In this document: positions 49,714-62,299 of the stretch, piece after piece
Layout of the letters: each line of letters starts with the position of its first letter
Position numbering within the stretch: the first letter of the stretch is position 1
Notes under the pieces: generated by a model
What the model saw: the letters and a program-made list of their open reading frames with translations, nothing else
What the model was told of the DNA's origin: nothing
Databases searched by the model: none
Position numbers and translations under genes: made by a program
Source of the DNA: Octopus sinensis
Taxonomy: Eukaryota
DNA: 64,000 bases
Direction of reading: 5' to 3'
NCBI RefSeq assembly: GCF_006345805.1
Contig: NC_043004.1
Location: forward strand, 40,858,001-40,922,000

Positions 49714-50123
49714 GGATCTTTTCGGTTTGAACGGTAGTTTTTAACATAATTTCTAGGTAACTAAAAAATTTTAAACTTCGTATACTGGTAGAATGTGTTC
49801 ATAAAACATCTTTTACTCTTGGCTTTATTGAGAAAATTCTATAGTTTGTAAGATATTTGTTGCTTTTTTCTTCAATTTCTGCAATTTCAACCAATCACTG
49901 ACAGCCATTGAGGTAAAAAAAACATTCTGTGCCGTGTGAATATGTCCCTTGTTTAAGAAACAGATTGGGTTTATTTACATTTGTGAAGAAAAAAATACCC
50001 TTCCCCCCACCCCTAACCCTAAAACAGATGGAAATGCAATAGATCGATACTAGGGTCATAATTATGGGTGACAATTTCATATGACACCGGTAGAAAAAGT
50101 TGCCATTCAAACCGATAGGATCC
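49714..50123 (+). mobile_element. GG-TIR MITE copy 4, with a 25-bp flanking direct repeat
   Basis: TIRs visible; flanks gtttactgtatta[t/c]agaatattatt at 49689-49713 and 50124-50148. Confidence 0.9.
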
Positions 50124-50583
50124 GTTTACTGTATTACAGAATATTATTTTATTCTGAAGAGAAATGATTCAGTTTGTTTTCATGTTTGTGTTAGGTTCTT
50201 TAATCCCATGTTATAAGTTCATCTTGAAAAAACTATCAATGAAGACCACAAGACAATATTACATTTAATTAAGAATAGTGAGAAAAAAAACAACAAAAAG
50301 AAAAGAAATTTCTTGGTTACAAAAAACAATTTGTTTTTAAGAATAGCAAAAAATAGCAAAAATATATTGCCTTTCAAAAATTTTTCATTTTTTTTTTTTT
50401 TATATATTTCAAATACATTAGAAATTTAAAATTCTCATTAAAATATCTGTTTCTGGTTTGTTTTTCTTCTTTTGCAAATTTTTATTCAGACAGCCATGTT
50501 ATACAACAATTTACAAACTGCCTATAGTAAGTTCTCTCTCTCTCTCTCTCCCTTGTTACACCCAACATTTACAAGTGCTGGCC

Positions 50584-50624
<41 letters not shown>

Positions 50625-50752
50625 ACGCGTCCAACAAAGTTTATGTGTGTATGCAAGTCTGAGTCACAATTGTCTAGTGCCTGCAAGAAGCCAATTAATG
50701 CTGATTCTTTGTAATAACAGCTATTTTCTGATATTGACTAACTAACTAACTA

Positions 50753-50816
50753 CTAATCAGCAGTACGTCTTCTTTTACTGCTAACACCTACACAAACAAC
50801 ACTGCCACGGCCACCT
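50753..50816 (-). CDS. Candidate terminal coding exon (xGGRGSVVCVGVSSKRRRTAD*)
   Basis: Long pyrimidine tract ctctcctcctattcctctcctcag| followed by a T-rich UTR-like region. No homology recognised. Confidence 0.25.
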
Positions 50817-51510
50817 CTGAGGAGAGGAATAGGAGGAGAGAGAATGCGGAATACACTTAGTAAGAAGAAAAAAAAAACATATAAAGAGCAAAAACAGCCA
50901 AAAAAGAAAAGCAAGTAAAAACAAATAAACACAAAGCATTTAAAGCTACCACTTAACTCCTCTGACAACACTAGCACAAATTGTGAAATGGTCATTTAAC
51001 AAACCTCAAAATATAGAAGTTAGCTAAGAAAAAAAAAAAAAGAAAACAAGGAGAAGAAAATAAGCTGTAGTTAAAACCAAATATTAAAAGAAAACTTGAA
51101 GGTGAAAGAGAAAGCAAAAACAAAGTATCGTGTGTAAATGTTTTAAATCACATCATTTAGAAAGTGTTGAGACAGAAAAGGAGAATAAGAAACAAACAAG
51201 TCAAATGAAGACAATATCCACCTAATGAAATGAAGTTTTGAAGAAAATCAAATAAGAAGACAGCCAATAAAACTCTACTAGAAGTAGAGAGTCAATAGCC
51301 AAGACAATATCTTTCTTTAGCAAGAAAGAACATTTTCATTAGACTGAAGGAACAGCTTGCTTGATGATATTCGAAAATCCTTACATAATTCTCCAGAGAG
51401 TTGACCTGACAGAATTATTAACATGTCAGACAAAATGCATTGAGGCATTTCTTACAACTCTTTATGTTGTTCTAAAGTTCAAATACCACTGAGATCAACT
51501 TTACCTTTAA

Positions 51511-51731
51511 CCCTTTCATTACTGTATATATTTTGAGATACTCTATTTTTCTTTCAATTAATCTTAAATATAACAAAAAATTTAGTAAAATAACTTAGTG
51601 ATCATTCAGCTAGTGTTAGGAACATAAATTGTGTCTAAGGTTTGGTGGAAGATTTTAATTCAAAACTTATGAAAATGAGACATTTGTACTTAGAGCCAGA
51701 GCCGGTTTCAGCCAGGTTGGTAACAAAAGGG
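51511..51731. mobile_element. P2 piggyBac-type MITE
   Basis: TTAA|CCCTTT...AAAGGG|TTAA; reverse complement of 38755-38975. Confidence 0.88.
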
Positions 51732-52218
51732 TTAATCCATTATGCAGTTGATAAAATAGAGTACCAGTCAAGTAGTGGTGTCAATGAAATCAATGATGTC
51801 ACTGAGTCTAAAATTGCTGGCCTTGTGCCAAACATCTGAAACAATTCTTTATTTTTTTTTATCATCCTTACCAGTATCATTTTACATTCATTTTTCTACC
51901 ATGCTTGCACAGAGAGGATGGGTCTTCTCCAACACCGTGTATTACCATTTTATGTGGTTTCCTTCATGAGACTCAACCACCACCATCGAATTAACCTTGG
52001 TCACGTCTTTCCAGTCTTCTTCCACATACTCCTTTCATCAGAATCACTTAGTACACCAAACTATCTTTCTCCTACAAACTACATTTTCCATACCAATGTT
52101 GTCCTTTCTCTTGAACATTACTTACATTATTTTTTAGCTTAAAGAAAACTGAGTTCCATTGTGCAGTCTAGCTGAAACCATTTGTTTCCCTTCATTTGAA
52201 CTGCTAATTCTCTCAGGG

Positions 52219-52460
52219 GTATGTGGTTTCCCGGTTTCTGTGGCGTATGTGTTCCCCCTAGCAAGAAACAGGAAGAGAGAGTGAGAGAAAGTTGTGGCGA
52301 AAGAGTACAACAGGGGTCGCCACCACCCCCTGCCGGAACCTCGTGAAACTTTTAGGTGTTTTCGCTCAATAAACACACACAACACCCGATCTGGGAATCG
52401 AAACTGCGATCCTACGACCACAAGTCTGCTGCCCTAACCACTGGGCTATTGCGCCTCGAC
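52219..52460 (-). mobile_element. SINE family B
   Basis: Family motifs. Confidence 0.88.
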
Positions 52461-53199
52461 ACCACTTGTATATACAAATACATATCTATATTTCAATGAT
52501 ACTAAGTATCACTTATCCCAGGCATAAAACAAGTCATACAACTCTTTATTTTTATAAAGAATTTATTTATAAAGGTGACCGTGTCACTACCTTTCTCATT
52601 AAAAAAAAAAAAACGATGGTAGAGAACTGAATTAAATGCTTTAATTAAAATCCAATTATTCAAATCTACTTAGTAATAAATAGATGCCCATAGAGAAGTG
52701 CAATTCAAAACTAAAATTTCACTAACAGACAGCATACCTGACAGTTGTTTTATTGATTTAACAATTCTGACCTACAATCCCTTTAATGACAGAATCTACT
52801 AAAGTCTCAGAGGTATGAAATATCTTTTCCACTTAATGCCATGAAAACTGCAAGTTAACGTAAAACAAAACATATTCAATACATGCTTTTAATTTAGTTT
52901 TGTTAGAATATTAATCACAACTCAAAAACAAACAAAACAAAAGAATGTCATTAAATAAGTAATTCATATTACAGAAGCCCAAGATTTATATAAATTTTGG
53001 AAATTGCAATATTTTTTGTCAAATCTGTCCATCTGTAACATACACAACTTCTAGTTCAATTTGCAATTCCCCACTCTCTCTCTCTCTCTCACTCACTCTT
53101 TCTATATGTATGTTTGTTTGTATATTTGAATGAATATATGTATACATACACACATTTCTCAAATCAATCTTTAAAAACATTAAGTTACCACTTGTATAT

Positions 53200-53500
53200 T
53201 TTTTTTCGCCCTTTTCAAGCCTAGCCAGGCTCATGGGCCTGGTTTCTGTGGCATATGTGTTCCCCCCAGATGGATGGGACATCAGTCCATCACAGCGTTA
53301 CTCAAGAAACAGGAAGAGAGAGTGAGAGAAAGTTGTGGCGAAAGAGTACAACAGGGGTCGCCACCTACCCTGCCGGAGCCTTGTGAAGCTTTTAGGTGTT
53401 TTCGCTCAATAAATACACACAACACCCGGTCTGAGAATTGAAACCGCGATCATCCGACCGCAAGTCCGCTGCCCTAACCACTGGGCCATTGCGCCTCCAC
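53200..53500 (-). mobile_element. SINE family B
   Basis: Family motifs with a T-run tail. Confidence 0.88.
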
Positions 53501-53704
53501 ACCACTTATACATATCTATATTTCAATGATACTAAGTATTACTTATCCCAGGCGTAAAACAAGTCATACACTAGTAATCATAAGTTTTGGAGTAATACGT
53601 TTTTAACCATGGCCAGAGTTTTAACTTGAATTTTGGAAAAGTTTTAGGTTATTAATGTGAATTACAGAACACAATAAAACTAATGATCTATTTTAAATTT
53701 ACAA

Positions 53705-53864
53705 GTAGGAGTGACTGTGTGGTAAGTAGCTTGCTTACCAACCACATGGTTCCAGATTCAGTCCCACTGTGTGGCACCTTGGGCAAGTGTCTTCTACTAT
53801 AGCCTCGGGCCGACCAAAGCCTTGTGAGTGGATTTGGTAGAAGGAAACTGAAAGAAGCCCATTG

Positions 53865-53929
<65 letters not shown>

Positions 53930-54167
53930 GTGTGTGTGTGTGTGTGTGTGTGTATATGTTTGTGTGTCTGTGTTTGTTCCCCCGCCCAACATCGCTTGAC
54001 AACTGGTGCTGGTGTGTTTACGTCCCTGTAACTTAGCGGTTCAGCAAAAAAAAATGATAGAATAAGTACTAGGCTTACAAAGAATAAGTCCTGGGGTTGA
54101 TTTGCTTGACCAGAGGCAGTGCTCCAGCATGGCTACAGTCAAACGACTGAAACAAGTAAAAGAGTAA
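53705..54167 (+). mobile_element. SINE family A
   Basis: Full family motifs. Confidence 0.9.
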
Positions 54168-55333
54168 GTATATTTTGAGTTTTGCAGCCAAATATTCAAG
54201 TATCTAACACATTCGTATACTAAGCTACAGAGCCTATTATACCGAATAGTACTTATTATATCCTTGACATCAAAGTGACAAGCTGGCAGATTTATGAGCA
54301 TGTCAGACAAAATGCTTAGCAGCACTTTTTCAGGTCTTTACATCCTGGGTTCAAATTCTGTTGAGGTCAACTTTGCTTTTCCTCCTTATAGGGTCACTGG
54401 AATAAGTACCACTCAAAGTACTGAGGTTGATGAAATTAACAAACCCCCCCTCTTACAAAATTCAGGCTTTATGCTTATAGTAGGAAGAAATGTTGCTATT
54501 GATACACCTGTGAAAATTAAAAGGAAATATAAAAGGGGAAAGGGGCTCTCTACCCCCCCTTTTGACCAGGCTCCCGTGGCTTTTATGGCTTTTTCCACGA
54601 GTAACCTTTCGAAGCGCCTCCCCCTATTGGGAGTTTTAATTGTTACTTACATTTCGTTGTTATCCTGCTTTTGTACACAGACTTTTCCAAATGGACAAAA
54701 CCCTTTGTAACTATTGTCCTGTGTTTTTGTCCCTTTATGTTTTAATTGATTTTTGTTAGCCCTTGTGGCTAATAAACAAACGAATTATTATTATTATTAT
54801 TATTATTATTATTTAGGTGATGGTGGTGAGCTGGTAGAATCGTTAGCATGTTAGGCAAAATGTTTCGTGACATTTCATCCACCTGTACATTCTGAGTTCA
54901 AATTCCACTAAGGTCCACTTTGCCTTTCACACTTTCAGGGTCAATAAAATAAGAACCAGTTGAAACTGGGGGTCAATGTAACTGACCTACCTACCTACCT
55001 ACCCCTACCCCAAATATCTGGTCCAAATGTTCTGTTTTACATCTAAACTGGCCATATCCAGCAAGTCACACCTACCCTACAATGACATTCTAAAAGAAAA
55101 GGACACACTGAATAATGTAGTGCTGTGATCTAACACATAGCATAAAGATTATGAATGTGAGTGGAACACAGTTTATCACAGGTAAGCCTGATCAAAGCTG
55201 ACTTTGGGCTAAAAAAAAAAACTCAAAAACAACAATTGCTATAAAAGATCGATCATATTAGATAATGCTGTCCAGGGAAATTTATTCCAGGGAAAGAAGA
55301 TGGTATGGCTCTGGTTGAAATGACCTCTTTTAG

Positions 55334-55698
55334 TCTTTTACTTGTTTCAGTCATTTGACTACGGCCATGCTGGAGCACCGCCTTTAGTTGAGGAAATCGG
55401 CCCCCAGGACTTATTCTTTATAAGCCTAGTACTTATTCTATCGGTCTTTTTTGCCCAACCGCTAAGTTACGGCGACGTAAACACACCAGCATCTGTTGTC
55501 AAGCACAGACACACACTCATATATATACATATATACGACGGGCTTCTTTCAGTTTCCGTCTACCAAATCCACTCACAAGGCTTTGGTCGGCCCAAGGCTA
55601 TAGTAGAAGACACTTGCCCAAGGTTCCACGCAGTGGAACTGAACCCGGAACCATGTGGTTGGTAAGCAAGCTACTTACCACACAGCCACTCCTGCGCC
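55334..55698 (-). mobile_element. SINE family A
   Basis: Full family motifs. Confidence 0.9.
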
Positions 55699-56604
55699 TA
55701 TTGATAATAAGTGTATTTGTCAGTGTTCTCTCAGACCTGACTTGGGGCGAAAGTGAGGACAACAAGCATCAGTTGACATAAGCAAGAAGAACAAAGTACT
55801 AAGTTAAGAGTAATTAATTTGATTTGCTCACTTAATTAATTTTTTTATTACACATATGTGTCTATGACAAACAGTACACTTCATCTCTAATAGCTCTCAC
55901 CTTCATACATACACACACACACCACACACACACATATATATATATATATACATGCATACATACAAACACACAAGCACTCACATACACACACTCTCACATA
56001 CATACAAACACACACACACTGGACTGTTGTACTAAAGATGAAGTGGAGTCTGGTGGTAAATGTACAAGAAACAACAGCTTAAAAACCGCAAGAGAAGCAT
56101 GACTAACTAAAAATAACAATCATTAAAAAATATAAAAACAAGCAATGAATAAATTATTCTAATTGCATTTTCTCCCCCACCCCACCAACACACACACCTC
56201 AAAATAGTAGTATTCTCTTCACTTAAATTTGCAGTAATAGAGCCTAATTTTATAGCAACTTTGACCATTGACATAAGGACAGTCAACAAGGACAAAATGG
56301 TGACACTATCAGAGAATAAACTGTGAAAAAAGTAAACAAAAAAAAGAAAAAAACATGTTATGTTTGAAACTACTTGAAGACAGTCCGAGAAAGACCAAGG
56401 CCAGATCTTAAAGGATCAGCTGCAAGTGCGTGGTTATAATTTTTTTTCTACATGTTTTTAAATCTTTGAACCAGTGAGTATGCCTTACCAAGAGTGATTT
56501 CATTTGACAACATCCTTGTAAGATGCTAGAGAAGGTGGCCATATAGTTCTGTGTTTACAGTTTGCTAATTGGCAGAAACAAGCCATAAAAACCAGTTGGA
56601 ACCA

Positions 56605-56848
56605 TAACTGAGACCAACTGAACTGGCAAATGGCCACGATAGGATGGTGCTTTTTACATGCCACCAGCACGGGGGCCAGATGAGGCTGGCAACGGCCACA
56701 ATCGGATGGTGCTTTTTACGTCCCATTGGCACAGAGGCCAGTCGGGGCGGCGCTGGCAACGGCCACGTTCGGATGGTTCTCTTACGTGCCACCGGCACTG
56801 GTATTACAGCTACAATTTCCATTGATGTTGAACGATTTTGATTTTGAA
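56605..56848 (-). mobile_element. Family D internal segment with a 3-unit 62-67-bp repeat
   Basis: gatggt anchors at 56643, 56705 and 56772; homologous to 33880-34090. Confidence 0.85.
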
Positions 56849-57808
56849 GAAGAAATAAAATAGCATTCATTAAGTACTAGAGTTAATTTAATTAACAATA
56901 CCCTCTCCTTGAATAAAGCTGCCTCATGCCAACGTCAAGAACAATTTTTATAATTATTACAAATAATTATTCTCATCATCATTATTATTATTACTATTAC
57001 TAGAAAGCATCATCATCATCATCATAATTATTATTACATAAGGTGGCAAGCTAGCAGAATCATTAGAGAAAATGTTTCAGAGTATTTCTTCTATTTTTAT
57101 GTACTGAGTTCCACCAAGATTGACTTTACCTTTCCTCCATTTAAGGTCAATAAAGTAAATATCAGTTCAGATTGATGTAGGGAAGGTGAGGGACAGTTTT
57201 ATTGCCCATCAAGTATTAAAACTGTTCCTGGATGGAACTGTAACAAGCAGCAGGGTGTCTTCAAAGTGCTGTTACAGCTCTCTTTTTCAATCTAGAGTAC
57301 AAAGTTGGCAGGTCAGCTTATTAGGTATAAAAATGTATAGATCTAGGACAGTTATAACAGTGTCTCCAAGAAGAGTCTCAAAACTTCTGGAAATCCCCTA
57401 GTGTATGTGTGTGCATATAAAAATGTGTTACATAAATGTGGAAACGTCTATATAAACACATCACTTAGCAGGATTAACAGACAAATTTTCCTGAAACCAC
57501 ACAATAGCGTCTTAAAAATACAAAAAAGACATGATGAGTAAACATTCTGGATACAATATGTTTGATAAAAAGAAGCAAAACAGAATGGCCATGACCGAAA
57601 CCATATATAGATGATGCCTTTGCTGAGCGAAAGCCAACCTAAGTTAAACAATAACCAAGTTTAATTACAAAAATCCACTGAAAACTCACCTCAACACAGG
57701 TCAAGTTTTAAAGCAAAAATATTTTCTAATGATCTTCACCTTCTCCATCATAAACAAACAAACTCTGATTGATGAGAATACAACTTGTCTAAAGAAAATA
57801 ACTTTATT

Positions 57809-57878
<70 letters not shown>

Positions 57879-58404
57879 AGTGTGTGTGTGAGTGTGTGTG
57901 TGAATGTGTCTATATACTTTGTTGTAGCTAGATCAAGGAAGATGTGTTCTTGTCTGTCTCCTGTCCAAGCTTGATTTACGCATTCGCCACCACAACCTCC
58001 GTTTAGGCATAGCAGCTCTTCATGTTTTTGTTTTCACTGTCTTGTTTGTGTTACCAATTTTGACCCTCCACAAAATCTCAAAGTTTATTTAATTTGCTTT
58101 GCTGGAGCAACTGTTTTATTGAAAGCATATCTTGCTAAATGCTCAAAGCATGAGAGTAGAAACACAGCTAACAACAACTGATGAAGGGTCGTTCTTTGTG
58201 TTGTTTGTAATGTTTTCCATTTGTGCTTTTCATTGTTCAAAAAATAGTTCATATTCCATTTACTCGCACTTTGTATTTTTTGTTGTACACGTTTCGTGAC
58301 ATCCTGTGCCCATATATACATGTATATATACATATAGATGTAAGTATGTACATATATATATATATATACATATATACACACATACATACATACATACATA
58401 CATA

Positions 58405-60016
58405 CAAGCATACTTTGGTATAAGTCGTTTTCGATTATATGTCAGTTTTCATAATTAATATATGGAAAAATAAAAGTCAAGTCAAGTCATTTTACTTGAC
58501 TTTGCATCTGTCCGCCACAAATACTGGAATCGTAAAATCACTAGAAAACCGTTAAAAGCACCTAAAATCCTGTTACTGTACAATAAATAAGAATAAAAGC
58601 AAATAAAATATTAAAATATGTACAGTAAATGTTAAATTACACACCATAGTGTAGCTTAGTGAACGAAATCATGAAATCAGCTGTGTTGTCTTACTTATCG
58701 GTGTTTTGGAGCTCATATTGCACTATAGTTCCAATATCTACCATTAGGGGTCATTGTCACTCGTGATTCCCAGGTTTGTTTTGAATTCAGATTTGTTTAT
58801 GTCTGTTTGTCAGCTACTTTCTCATTCATTTGTGACTTTAATTTTTGCCCCCATGGCTCCTAAGAAAATTCATAGTGAAAGTGCTAAGCATCATGCTATA
58901 ATGCTGGAAGATAAACTGGCCATGATAAACCACCATGAAAAAGGTGAAAAAGTGGTAGCAATTGCATTATCTTTTGGGAGGAGTCGGACAACTGTATCAA
59001 CAATTGTACGTAATATGGACAAGATTTTAGCACATATCAAATCTGAAGCCCCGGGGATGAAGAACACTATCATCAATAAGAGGCAAAATCTTTGAAGAAA
59101 TGGAAAGTCTTCTTTCTCTTTGAATTGTTAGGTTGAATCATCAGTGTGCTAACTATTAGTCAAGAAATCATTCAAGAGAAAGCATTGTCTTTGTTTGAAG
59201 ACTTGAAGAAAAATATCCAGATGAGAAAGATGTAGAGTTCAAGGCAAGTCAAGGATGGTTCATAAGATTTAAGGAGTGAAGAAGTTATCACTCCATTAAG
59301 AAGCAAGGTGAAAATGCATCAGCTGACGAACAAGCAGCAGCAGAATTTCCTAATGCTATAAAGAAAATCATCAAAGAAAACCGGTTTCTTCCCAAACATA
59401 TTTTTAACATAGACAAAACTAGATTGTATTGGAAAAAATTGCCAGACCGTTCATTCATTTCCATGGAGGAGAAAACTATTCCAGGCTACAAGGTCTCAAA
59501 AGAACATGTGACCATTATGTTGGGAGGTGACTGTGCAGGAGATTTTAAATTCAAGTCATGGCTTGTGTATCATGCACAAAACCTCTATGCCCTGAAGAAC
59601 ATACCCAAAGCATCTCTCCCTGTTATATGGATGGCTAATTCAAAAATATGGGTTATTGTTGTTTTTGAAGATTGGTTTTTCAATCATTTTATCCCAGCAG
59701 CAGATAAATACTGTAAGGAGAAGGGGATTCCTTTTAAGATTTTATTTATCTTAGATAATGCTCCTGGCCACCCATAAAACATCATAGATTTTGATCACCA
59801 ATGTTACCATCATATACCACCCTCTGAACACCACATCTCTTCTGCAGCCAATGGATCAGGGAATAAATTGCTATCTCCAAGTGTTACTATATGAGGCTTA
59901 TGCTGCGGCAAGCAATAGCTGCAACTGATTTTGATGAGTACATCACACTTCATTACTTTTGGAAGAGATGCGATAACTACAAGGCTGTACAGAACATAGC
60001 CACAGCATGGAATGAA
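58405..60016 (+). mobile_element. Decayed Tigger/pogo-family DNA transposon; 5' TIR and a transposase pseudogene, 3' end missing
   Basis: TA|CAAGCATACTTTGG at 58403-58418 resembles a Tigger TIR. ATG at 58853 starts MAPKK...LEDKLAMI...SRTTVSTI (CENP-B-like HTH), followed by EFKASQGWFIRF, FNIDKT, YWKKLPDRSFI, LDNAPGHP and, after a frameshift, QPMDQG (DDE_1 motifs). Stops and frameshifts are present. It is cut off by a SINE at 60017. Confidence 0.9.
58853..60016 (+). pseudogene. Tigger/pogo transposase pseudogene (TIGD1-like)
   Basis: ORF-track fragments 58754-59095 and 59424-59777 plus the intervening frames give HTH and DDE motifs interrupted by in-frame stops and frameshifts. Confidence 0.85.
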
Positions 60017-60225
60017 GACCAGCTGTCGCCTGTGCATACCAGCCTCCCTTTTCCATGTCACTGATGTTATCCAAAGGAAAGGCAAAGGCTGGTACAGTTT
60101 GGCACCAGTGATGTCACACTTCATTTCTACAGCTGAATGAACTGGGGCAACGTGAAAAAGTGCTTTGTCCAAGAACATAACACGGCCTGGTCCAGAAATC
60201 AAACCCACCATCTAACCACTGAGTC
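60017..60225 (-). mobile_element. SINE family C truncating the Tigger element
   Basis: Matches 7238-7490. Confidence 0.85.
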
Positions 60226-60456
60226 ATCGTAATGCTTATTTGTTCACATTGTTTTAAATCTATCATTCATTATCTCGTAGCTTTGAGATTTTGATGATGT
60301 GATTGTTTTACAATGACATGGTAGGTAAGGTATGAGAAGCTACATATGGCTGGTTTAAATGCTAATAGGTTAAGCTAGTTTTTGGAACATAACTTTGCAT
60401 GAAATTTTGGATGGTTTTACTTTATATTACTTTAAAACATGATGTTTATATCAATA

Positions 60457-60857
60457 GGTGCAAGAGTGGCTGTGTGGTAAGTAGCTTTCTAACCAACCAC
60501 ATGGTTCCGGGTTCAGTCCCACTGCGTGGCATCTTGGGCAAGTGTCTTCTGCTATAGCCCCGGGCCGACCAATGCCTTGTGAGTGGATTTGGTAGACGGA
60601 AACTGAAAGAAGCCTGTCGTATATATGTATATGCATGTGTGCGTGTGTTTGTGTGTCTGTGTTTGCCCCCCTAGCATTGCTTCACAACCGATGCTGGTGT
60701 GTTTACATCCCCGTAACTTAGCGGTTCGGCAAAAGAGACCGATAGAATAAGTACTGGGCTTACAAAGAATAAGTCCCGGGGTCGATTTGCTCGACTAAAG
60801 GCGGTACTCCAGCATGGCCACAGTCAAATGACTGAAACAAGTAAAAGAGTAAAAGAG
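60457..60857 (+). mobile_element. SINE family A
   Basis: Full family motifs. Confidence 0.92.
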
Positions 60858-61163
60858 AGAAGCAAGATGGTCTCAGGCAGGTTTGTAGCAAAAGGGGCAA
60901 AATATGTAAGTAAATAAGATTTGTGTTTAGTTCTTATTTAGTATTTATTCCATCAATCTAATAAGATATTTTGTGTTATAAGAACAGAGAAATGATAAAG
61001 TATCCCATTCCACCCCATCCCAGAGACAGTCATATTTGGCTGAGACAACTGTGTCAAGATCTGCTGTTTGTTTTGGCATGTGTTTTATGGCTGAATGCCC
61101 TTCCTAAGGCAAGCCATATTACACATACACACACACACACACATGCTTGAATTTGTTTGTTTC

Positions 61164-61456
61164 TTCTCGAGCCATGCCTGGCTCATAAGGGCTGGTTTCC
61201 TGGTTTCTTGGCGTATAGGTTCCCTACTTGGACGGGACACCGGTCCATCGCAGGTGAGCTGCAAGATGCAGGAGGAAAGAGTGAGAGAAAGTTGTGGCGA
61301 AAAAGTCAGTAGAAGTTCGCCATTACCTTCTGCCAGAGCTGCATGGAGCTTAGGTGTTTTCACTCATAAACACACACATCACCAGGTCTGAGATTCGAAC
61401 CCGTGATCCCTCGACCACGAGTCCGCTGCTCTAACCACTAGGCCATGCGCTTCCAC
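61164..61456 (-). mobile_element. SINE subfamily B2, full length
   Basis: A/B boxes; ~15-bp TSD cacacatgcttgaat. Confidence 0.9.
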
Positions 61457-61634
61457 ACATGCTTGAATGTGCAAACAAAAGAAGTGCTCAATACATGCAG
61501 TACATGTAATAGAGTTTATTTGTTCACCTGAAGTTAATTATTTCTGATGCTGATGTCCTGTTTCTCACTACAGACTGATCTTTCAAGTGTGTAAAAAAGA
61601 AAGAAAAAACATATTGACATCATAGATATATATA

Positions 61635-62008
61635 GGCGTAGGAGTGGCTGTGTGGTAAGTAGCTTGCTTACCAACCACATGGTCCCGGGTTCAGTCCTGA
61701 TGTGTGGCACTTTCGGCAAGTGTCTTCTACTATAGCCTCGGGCCGACCAAAGCCTTGTAAGTGGATTTGGTAGACGGAAACTGGAAGAAGTCATATGTAT
61801 GTTTGTCTGTGTTTGCCCCCACAACATCGCTTGACAACCGATGCTGGTGTGTTCATGTCCCCGTAACTTAGCAGTTCGGCAAAAGAGACCGATAGAATAA
61901 GTACTAGGTTTACAAAGAATAAGTCCTGGGGTCAATTTGCTCGACTAAAGGTGGTGCTCCAGCATGGCCACAGTCAAATGACTGAAACAAATAAAGAGTA
62001 AAGAGTAA
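61635..62008 (+). mobile_element. SINE family A
   Basis: Family motifs. Confidence 0.9.
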
Positions 62009-62299
62009 GAGTATCCTACTACCAAATCCACTCACAAGGCTTTGCCCAAGGTACCACACAACAGAACTTCTCAACTACACAGCAATGCATGCACCTATCC
62101 CAGCTTTATAATAGGTACACCACATTCCTGAGTGTTGTAAGAGACAACTAAAAAAAGCATTCGCAACACGAAGGGTATATGGTCATGAAACACCATCTTG
62201 GAAAACCTCTCCATACCAGCATGAAATAATGATGATGACAGCACCCATTGTGGAGAGAAAGAGTCATCAGCATAACAAACACTTCTAGTAAGACAGAAG

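Noticed and set aside
1487-61456. tRNA genes suggested by A/B boxes
   Set aside because: All are SINE heads followed by family bodies, tails and TSDs; none ends in a complete acceptor stem.
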